From NCBI GenBank assembly GCA_040437565.1, contig JBDOQK010000009.1, forward strand, positions 124,001 to 188,000: a stretch of 64,000 nt of DNA, written 5' to 3'. Under the pieces are notes generated by a model that had not been told where the DNA came from, did not search any database, and saw nothing but the letters and a program-made list of their open reading frames with translations. Positions 48,091 to 57,168 of the stretch are shown here, in pieces (position 1 is the first letter of the stretch; each line of letters opens with the position of its first letter). Both the position numbers and the translations under genes were made by a program. The DNA is from Albugo candida. Lineage: Eukaryota.

Positions 48091-49850
48091 TTTGGCGGTG
48101 TCTATATGCTAGGATCAAACTAGATGACTACATGACTTCTTTGAAAGCCTACGCTGTCTAAATGAATGAATGTCACCAGAAAAAAGATATACGCAATACC
48201 TGCGACAGCTAATATATCATTTGCTATTCTACTGTTAAGTACGAATTGCTCAACAGCACAGCGACTTCCAAAGTGATGTCCAGCACGCCAGGATGACATC
48301 GCAATGCAACTAGGGCTAGAAGCGGGATTACACTTTCTGGTTTTAACCGTACGATGATCGTCGACTTTTGCTAACACCACCACTTAATATTCTTGGTTTT
48401 TGCGAGCTGAAGCAGCCTTTTTGCCGGCTGATACGTCATTTGTGTTGTTAGTAATACTGCCGTCGAGGCGTGCACTTTAAAGGTCGTGTAGATTACAAAA
48501 AGTGCTGGAAGCGTTTGCATAGCGGATCGCTGGGCAACAACTGACAATTCTAAACGAATTTCAGCGTCACTATCTGTAGTGCAAGCCATAAATCACAAAA
48601 ACTAATAGGCATTTCATTTCGTTTGTATCGTCGGCATAATAGCACATGTCATATGCGTCCCTCCATTGAGGAAATCAAATGGATCTGAAGTCGGTAGTAG
48701 CTCCAGCCATGATAGTGCCGCGCGTTCTCACTCGAGAAATAGATGATGTATTGATCCCACACACCATACCAGGGCGAATTTTCAGAATATAATGTCGTAA
48801 ATAAAATCCTCCATAAAGCATTACCCAGATCCATCTGGTAGTATTTCAAACACAGGAGAAAACTGGAGAATGTCAACAATTGCTAAGACACGGACGGTTT
48901 CGGAAATATAATGTAGCCATACTATATAGATTGCCAATCGGGGTAATACAGACACATGGATGGGCTTGGTTGCTTTGGAAGTATTTTTTGACAATTCGCA
49001 ATACCTGTGAGCGTGTAATAGATTGAAAGTACTTTATTTATCCTCCGCACAGATTACGGTGCTGCACTTACACGGTACTTTTGGACATTCACAAGCAGGA
49101 CACACTCTCCTGATATTGAGGCTACCGCAAAACAGGACTATCAGTGAGAAGGAATATTATCATCTCTCACAGGTATTTCTCTAAAATCGTTTCAATGTGT
49201 ATATTTGTTATCTAAGGTAGCCTTTGCATTGAAACAAGTCAGTTAGTGTAATTATAGTAAACATTGACAGCTCCAAGTGAGTATCCGCCTAAGCACTCAG
49301 GCAAAGAAAACAGATGGTGCACTTAAACAACGTGAGAAACGTTTTATTCGATCCTACTGTCCTTCGCCACTGTGCCTTTACCTTGCAGCTTCTTCGTGCC
49401 TGAATGCTTTTTTTATAACACGATGGGAATGTAGAGAATAGCGAGCTGACTGCAGTGATTCATTTCTGCGGCGCCGCAACATGCAAGAATACTGCATTTG
49501 AACCAAATTTTGTAAACTGCATTCACCCTTTATTCTCATCCGGTGTACTAAATTGTACAGTAGAAGATCATTTTGCGAAATCGCTAGTGGTGTCCTACCC
49601 TGGTAGAAGACTTTATCATTATTCGCCTAAAGCGCAGATGGGCCGTCTGGAAAGTACCACTCGATAGAACATTTACAGTATGCTCTCATCTCAAGAGAGA
49701 TCATAGGTCACAAACTTGTTGGAAATGCGAGCAACACTCGAGCAACATATTATTATGTATATGCCTTTCTTGTTGGCGTGCTCTATCACATCTCATTTTG
49801 AGGCCTTCAGAATTCGCGATATAATTTTCGAAGACCGATCGTGATAAGCA

Positions 49851-50429
49851 ATGGTTCGGATCATTTACTCTACGGTCGTCGCTCTAGTTTCATTGCATCT
49901 CAAATCGACCGAATTCAACGTCAACAGCAATCATTTGAAACCACAACTGAAAATCGTTGATCATTTCCAAAACTGTGCTGCTCAAAACAGCGAACTGGTA
50001 TTTTGCACTGAACGATATTACCAATGTAATCGGTATAATTATCGATGCAATAGCCGAATTGATTTGGACTATTCGGAAAAGGATCTCAGATGTGCAACTG
50101 GACCGTGGGAACCTTGTTGCTATAGTCCAAGTCGACATCTTCCCAACGTGTGCCTTTTTGGCTACAGATGCCTCTGTGACTCGTCAGCATGCACTTGTCG
50201 ACCACCTGACGCTGTGGATAACCGATACTACTGCTTAGGAAAATATGCATGTAACGCCGACGAATACTGCGCGTATTTTTATGATGATACTAACCAGTTG
50301 CGACACGGTTGTTTTCGCAAATGGTACACGAGAATAGGAAACCATTATCAAGGCTGTTACCCAAACAATACTTGTAACGGTCATCTCACGTGTACAAAGA
50401 TAAGCCGGTTTTACTCGCTCTGCGCGTAG
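49851..50429 (+). CDS. Secreted Cys-rich protein, paralog 3 (20 Cys)
   Basis: Signal peptide MVRIIYSTVVALVSLHLKS; same scaffold plus two extra Cys; C-terminal HYQGCYPNNTCNGHLTCTKISRFYSLCA. Confidence 0.88.
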   Translation: MVRIIYSTVVALVSLHLKSTEFNVNSNHLKPQLKIVDHFQNCAAQNSELVFCTERYYQCNRYNYRCNSRIDLDYSEKDLRCATGPWEPCCYSPSRHLPNVCLFGYRCLCDSSACTCRPPDAVDNRYYCLGKYACNADEYCAYFYDDTNQLRHGCFRKWYTRIGNHYQGCYPNNTCNGHLTCTKISRFYSLCA

Positions 50430-51459
50430 ATGATTCTCCGGCAAAAAACAAATACAAGATGATTCAAAAATTTGGCTTGAGTTCGTTCACATAAAAAAAT
50501 TCAAACTTTTATCAAACTCAATCTTCATCGTTTGGGGTTGTATTCAAGTTCTTCTGAATTTGAAGCAGCGCGAATATACCTCTCTTTCTTTGAATAATGT
50601 GCAGCGCGCATCTAGAATCCGCGCTATTGATGACTGAGTGTCAATCCTTAGCAATGCTTTATCTCCGATATACGCTAGTCCAAAAAAAATCGATTTGGCC
50701 CGTTTCTGACTAAGCACGTATAGTCTTTGACGCTTATTCAAATCATTCTGCTCTGCTCTTTTACCGAAGTTTGACATCCCTCATGTGTGCGATCGAACAT
50801 GAGTCTCGGTCATCCATCCGCAGCCACTACAGATATGGATAAAGGTGCTCTACTTAAAGAGCCTTCTGCAGATAGATGAAGCTTGAGACACACTCGTCGA
50901 TCGAGAAAATGAGAAATGATAGCCATCTAAGTCGTCTTCGTTGCAAGGCTGATGTGTCTCAATTGAATACAGCGTTTTCTGTGAGAAGATGATCGATATA
51001 TCAGGAATTTGAAACGCTTCCGCTTGATGGAAGGCTCATTCTAGGAACGATTGACCCACCTTGAAGGCACTAAAGTGGACGTAATAATACGCTTCCTATA
51101 AAACAAGAAAGGTGAATAACGGCAATACATTCAGTTAGCATACTACACCATGCCGAATACTTTGATAGATCTGATTTATGTCATGCATTACAAGCCGGTT
51201 TGCAAAAATAAAGATCCGTTTATATAGCTGGTGATGTGTTGTATCAAGGAGCGCCGTCCTACTTGAACTTTTCCAAAGATGAACCAAGACGCAGTTGCGC
51301 ATCTTTGACCTTATCGTATAATAATTTCACGTTTGGAGACGCATTTCATATCGCCGAGTTTTTGACCGTAAATATTGTTGCATGTCCTCTTCTATTTACG
51401 TCATTTAGATTGAGTGAAAAATGCTGTTGGACACGCATGTTAGTAATAGCTCAGTTTGA

Positions 51460-51560
51460 CTTGCAAGAAGTAAAGGATCATGGACAGGCACCACTTTAAA
51501 GACCCCATGCCAAAGCAGCGCCACCTTTTGTGTTTACAGCAAAGATGGAGACCGTTTAAC
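51460..51560 (+). pseudogene. Internally deleted second relic of the CH-domain gene
   Basis: TTGCAAGAAGTAAAGGATCATGGACAGGCACC matches the start region at 55556-55590, then jumps to CAGCGCC...GGAGACCGTTT, which matches about 56038-56080 and 48047-48090. Confidence 0.55.
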
Positions 51561-54043
51561 CGGAGGTGACTATAATACTAACTTCAAACGAGGTGACTTC
51601 TGCACAAAAAACATTTTTGCAATACCTGTGAGCTGATGCTCTTACTTGCTATTGACAGACCTCCATTGCGGCTGCCTCATCCCACCACAATACGAGAGTC
51701 TCCAGTCAGACATGAAGTCGAGTTGTCCAGCAGCAGAGCGACTTCCGTCCAGCACACGAGGCTGGAAAACGCAATACAAGTAGGTATAGGAGCGAAGTTA
51801 CACATGTGTTTTTACTTGCTCTTGCCGTAACCGTAGCAATGATCGTCGAGTCTTGTCAAAACATCACATGTGGACACGTAGACCTGTGCTGTATGACGTT
51901 AGATTTTTTGGAGCGTCTCAAACTTCGTGTGTTGGCTCGCTCCTCGCCAAAAGATAAAACATCCATTCCTACGCGCGTGACAAAAACAAAATACTCTTAC
52001 TTTGCGTGTTTTCGCGACCCTTTTACTGGCTGGATGCGTTTGTCTTAGCTGCCGTGGGAATATGAACAATCGAAGTAGAGACTCCAAAGTAGACATGAGA
52101 ACAGACTTTGTTGTGGCATTTCAGTAGCCGCAAACCATCACTACAAACCTTCTTCCCCGCATACTATTTATTATCCTCAATATTGGACACTTAAGCTTGA
52201 ATGCCGCGCGATATTGCACGATCATCCAGGCTCGAACGTACGGACTTTTGCAACTTGCTTCGGTTTGAAATTGTCGGACGGTTTGTTCGATTACACTCTC
52301 CGTAGTATTGTCTCAATGATGAGGCATTGGTACTACCACCGTATCACCCTGCGCGTCCCGGAAAGGAAGCTGGGGTCACGTCATCACATTGAGATATGAC
52401 TCATCGACAATAATGCAATCATCCAGTGCCGGGTGATTCAATATGGCTACTACGTCAGCACAATTAGACTCGACACATATGGTCGTTGCGAACCGTTTTC
52501 CTTAGCGGGTATATAGTAGCCGGCAAAGTGAATATAATCAACATCAGCTCAATTGACCAGATGTTTTGCTCATCCGATCGAAATGTTTGTCTATTGGTCG
52601 AAACTCATAATATCTTGACTTCACACTCTCGAATGCACATAAGGAGAAATGTGCTCAAATTTTCCAAAATCGGCACTGGCGCTTTATAATGCGGTTCAAA
52701 AAAACACAACGAATCAAAGCAACAAAAGCAGTAACGGAGAAGATAAAGCTGCGCTTAGTGACATGGCACAAGGTGTGCTGCGTTAAACACGGTTTCTACT
52801 GCAAACTAGAGACTCTGATCTGTTAGCTCGAACTATCCTGACTACACCTGAACACCAGATTCCGTACGCCATTGGTCCGTGATGCCCTTGTAAGGACGAA
52901 AGTTGAAGCGACAACACGGAATAATAATAGATCGCACTTGAAAGAATTTGGTTCTGGACCTCGTAATAAAAAACTGTATTACAAAATTATTTGACCTTCC
53001 AATAGGATTGATAATCGTATATCCATGTGCTATCAGGCTTCGAAAGCGGATAGGAATATTGGCTGTATGAGTCGTTTGGGTGTCGACCTAAGGACGCAAC
53101 TCATGGCAGATCGGCTGCCTTGGCGGTAGCCATGAGGCCCCTACGTGTGCTGGCGATTGATTTTGATTCCGATATCGAAGCAACAACTCCTCACAAGGAA
53201 AAGCTTTACAGTACCACTGGAGGCATTTCGAACACACAATCAAGATGGCACGTCTAATTCCAACCTTAAGGCGTGCCTTAGATTAGTTTTGCTCGTCATG
53301 GTGCACAGTAATAGCATACTGTACAGGTCAGAATTGGGTTCAAAGTCTCCTTGAAAGGCTACCTTGATTCTATTCTGAAGTACGGCTGAGCATTTCAGCC
53401 TTTGTTGTTTTCCCAGCTCGTGATTAGGAAGCTAGTAAAGCGAAACTGGTTGCTTCATGTTCCGGACGTTTAAGATCACCCATGCGCAACCGATAATCGA
53501 TTTTGACCCAAGGCATGGCGTTTCCTCTCGAAATGCTGCTTCTAGCGGACACATCGCAAGTTCATATTTTGAGGATCTGCCTATCATTCGGCGAATTAGA
53601 GGGTATATCCGCACTACTTTCAAGAAACATTTTGTTCAATCCTTGTCTTTCGCTGCTTGCCTTTACCTTGCAACTTCTTTGCACCCAAATACTTCATTGT
53701 TAGATTGGAACGCGGGAATATCACGAAATGGTTATGCCTGTCATTCTTGTATGCGAGCAACATGCGAGACAATAGCTCGCAAATCACATATCATTTGCTG
53801 CATTTTATTCTCTAACACTTTCCCATTTCTATATTGTAGTGAGGCGATCGACATCAACGATGTCGGTAGTGATACCGTACATTAAAGAAAGGCTGTGTCT
53901 TTCTTCATCTGCGGTGCAGATCGGCCACCTACAAAATATAAGNNNNNNNNNNNNNNNNNNNNNNNNNNNNNNNNNNNNNNNNNNNNNNNNNNNNNNNNNN
54001 NNNNNNNNNNNNNNNNNNNNNNNNNNNNNNNNNNNNNNNNNNA

Positions 54044-54391
54044 CGAGAACTTCAACTTGCAGGTGGCCCGTGGCAGCCTTGTGATAATAGGAAAAGTGCT
54101 CTATCTTACCCCAACGTGTGCCTTTTTGGTTATTCGTGCATGTGTTTCAATTATAACTGCACTTGTCAGCCACCTGACGCTGTTGATCCCGAAATTTGCA
54201 AAGAACCTCATCAGTGTGGGGAAGATGAATACTGCGGGTATTATTATAATGTAAATACGTTGCAACACGCCTGTATTTCAAAATGGTACAATCAAGCTGG
54301 AGGACGTTATCAAGACTGCCATCAGAATGATACTTGTGATGGTGATCTCAAATGTACGCGGGTGAGCCAGTTCTACCAGCTTTGTGCGTAG
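54044..54391 (+). CDS. Secreted Cys-rich protein, paralog 4 (5' part lost in the N gap)
   Basis: Open frame from the gap edge, RELQLAGGPWQPCDNRKSALSYPNVCLFGYSCMCFNYNCTCQPPDAVD...GGRYQDCHQNDTCDGDLKCTRVSQFYQLCA*, aligns to paralogs 2 and 3. Confidence 0.85.
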   Translation, partial: RELQLAGGPWQPCDNRKSALSYPNVCLFGYSCMCFNYNCTCQPPDAVDPEICKEPHQCGEDEYCGYYYNVNTLQHACISKWYNQAGGRYQDCHQNDTCDGDLKCTRVSQFYQLCA

Positions 54392-55572
54392 ACGATTCTC
54401 CGGCAGTAATTCGAACATTTGGCTTTATGTTGGTCGTGTTTAGATTTCATATCACCCTCAATTCTTATCGTTGTTTGAGTTATTCCCACGCTGACCTGCG
54501 TGTGAAGCAGCCCGAATATACCTCTCTTTCTTTAAGTAACGTGTAACGTGCATCTGGCCATTGATGACTGAGTGTCAATCCTCATCAATGCTTTATCTCC
54601 GATATACGCTAGTCCAAAAAGAGATCGGGTTTGGCCCGTTTCTGACTAAGCACGCGTAGTCTTTGATGCTTATCGAAATCAATCTTCTTGTTCTCTTTTA
54701 CCGCCGCTCGACATGCTTCGTGTGTGCGATCACGGTCATCCACCCGCAGTTGCTACAGATATGGATAAAGGTGCTCTACTTAAGAGCCTTCTGCAAATAG
54801 ATGAAGCTTAAGACACACTCGTCGATCGTGAAATTAGAATTGAAAGCCATCCAAAGTGGATGAGGTCGGTGCCAATATCGATTACAGCGCTATTAGCTTC
54901 GTAGCTCCACAGCATTGCTCATCCGGACAGGAAAAGGTCCCCGATATTATTTTTCAAAAGTGCCTAAGAGAATTAATCTACTTTGTGTAGACCAAACAGC
55001 AGCTTTCGTAAGGCGTCTTCGTTGCAAGGCTGATGTGCCTCAATCAAATACAGCGTTCTGTGTAAAGAGGATCGATATAAGAGGAATTTTAAACGCCTTC
55101 GCTTGGTGGAAGGCTCATTTTTGAAACGATTAAACCACCTCTCAGGCACCAAACTGGACGTAATAATACGCTTCCTATAGAACAAGAAAGGTGAATAACG
55201 GCAATACATTCAGCATGCATACTACACCATGCCGAATACTTTGCTGGATCTGATTTATGTCATGCATCACAAGCCGGTTTGCAAAAATAAAGACCCGTCG
55301 ATAGCTGGTACTTGTTGTATTCACGAGCACCGTCCTAATTGGAATTTTCCTAAGATGACCCAAGACGTAGTTCGCACACCTTTGAACTTTTTCTTTTGAT
55401 AATTTCACGTTTGAAGACGCATATCATATCGCCGAGTTTCTGAGCGTAAAGATTGTTGTATGTCTTCCTTCTATTTACGTGGTTTAGATGATACATGATC
55501 CATGACCTCTATAGCTTTATTATTGCACACATTTTATTAAGTACTTCTGTTTTTGTTGCAAGAAGTGAAATC

Positions 55573-57111
55573 ATGATGCACAGACACCGTATCGCTCTCA
55601 ACTATTGCTTGAAGGAGAGAGAACTGGTCGATTGGGTGGTAAATCAAGACGAACTCTATTTTCCAAACGATATAGGAAGAAACATATCTGATTATGTGCA
55701 TAATGGAGCCCTTCTTTGCGCACTTGTGACGCACAAATTCCCAAGCGAACTGACTGCAAAGACGCTCAGTGATATATTGTGGGAACACAAACACGCACGA
55801 CATTCAAATATCCTTCTGTTGAAACAGTACTTAACACATTACACGCAAACAGTCGATTCTCATCGCGAGCGTCAGCAACAACTAGAAGAATGGAAAATCG
55901 AAATGGAGAAATTGCAAAGCAATACCGACATAACACATTTTTATCGCCTTTTGCGCGGATTAGATACCATTTTACGTGACCCACATCAATCCGTGTCATG
56001 TGGTACACACCATGCATATACTACGCTGATACCAAATCAGCGCAATTCTTTAGTGTGTGCGTCAACCAAGGAGCCCGCTCATGGATCACCATCCCGACTA
56101 CGTTTCCCATCCATTGTGTCACCACTGAAACGTCATTGTGGCCGTGAAAGTGCGACAGTGTTCACTGAAGTGACGCTGGCAAGGTCCACTTCCATAGACA
56201 CCAGCTCACTAGACCGAAACTCTGATCATGAAATTAATGTGGAGGCATCACAAAAGCCTTATCCACGCCAAGGCTCCCGCTTCTTTTCAAAAACTGACGG
56301 ATCCAAAATTCCTCGTATTGAGCCAGCTATGCAATCCCAAATAGAGAAAAGTCCTGTACGTCACAGCTTTGTGAATACGAAAGATGCAAAGAAAAAATAT
56401 GGCAATTTGCGCGGATCAAATGCTCTGTCAGCACTTCGATCTCGGTTCGGGTTTCCCAACCAGATAAAAAGCTTTAAAGGAATTTTAGAACTGGAAGATG
56501 ATGACGATACCGCAAGTAGCTCCTCAATTGGCGAAGAGAACGCCTACAGACCCAATATCAGCCACAAGCGACCACGTGCTCTCGCAGTACTGGATCCTCA
56601 GCGCAAAGATGAAGAACAGGCCAGAAGGGAACAAAAGCAGTCGTTTCGCCAGCGCGAAACTGCCAATCATGATTGTTTCCAAGAGTCTGTAGTCCCCTAT
56701 GGAGATAACGCTCAACTTGACCACGCTGAAAATACAAGTCAGAGTACATTCGACGGTGAGCACGCTTGTACAGCTTCTCTGACGATTACGCTACAACGAG
56801 AAGGAAAACTTGCTGAAGCGGTGTATACGGATTTACGAAAGGACAATGCTCGACTACGCATGAAAATGGAGCATTTGGACTCTGAAATCAATTACATGTA
56901 TCATTTACTGACCGACGTTGAGAAAACAGTACAAAGGTGGCAGGATGATCGTGCGGAAAAACTCCAGACTCCGTCAAATGAGATTGTTCGTCAGGCTGAT
57001 TCGACCAGAGTGCTCGTGGAAAGTATCGAGAATATTATTCGTGTGCCTAGAAAAACTTCATCTTTCAAAGATGAATCTATTAGATCCATCAGGACCTCAT
57101 TTTCTCCTTAA
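55573..57111 (+). CDS. Protein with an N-terminal calponin-homology (CH)-like domain, disordered middle and C-terminal coiled-coil
   Basis: CH-like pattern ERELVDWV...ISDYVHNGALLCALVTHKFP...HSNILLLKQYL; coiled-coil DLRKDNARLRMKMEHLDSEI; start placed by comparison with the relic copy at 47611. Confidence 0.7.
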   Translation: MMHRHRIALNYCLKERELVDWVVNQDELYFPNDIGRNISDYVHNGALLCALVTHKFPSELTAKTLSDILWEHKHARHSNILLLKQYLTHYTQTVDSHRERQQQLEEWKIEMEKLQSNTDITHFYRLLRGLDTILRDPHQSVSCGTHHAYTTLIPNQRNSLVCASTKEPAHGSPSRLRFPSIVSPLKRHCGRESATVFTEVTLARSTSIDTSSLDRNSDHEINVEASQKPYPRQGSRFFSKTDGSKIPRIEPAMQSQIEKSPVRHSFVNTKDAKKKYGNLRGSNALSALRSRFGFPNQIKSFKGILELEDDDDTASSSSIGEENAYRPNISHKRPRALAVLDPQRKDEEQARREQKQSFRQRETANHDCFQESVVPYGDNAQLDHAENTSQSTFDGEHACTASLTITLQREGKLAEAVYTDLRKDNARLRMKMEHLDSEINYMYHLLTDVEKTVQRWQDDRAEKLQTPSNEIVRQADSTRVLVESIENIIRVPRKTSSFKDESIRSIRTSFSP

Positions 57112-57168
57112 ATATGGCTCAATGGAACACGTTGCGTACACCTTGTCTGTTTCATTCTCATAAAGAAA

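Noticed and set aside
48600-49300. Possible transposon remnants in unit-specific spacer DNA (also 52150-53600)
   Set aside because: No transposase, RT or integrase motifs, terminal repeats or target-site duplications could be recognised by eye
44271-54391. RXLR, CRN, CHXC/CCG or elicitin assignment for the Cys-rich family
   Set aside because: No RXLR-dEER, LFLAK, CHXC or CCG motif after the signal peptide, and the Cys spacing differs from six-Cys elicitins
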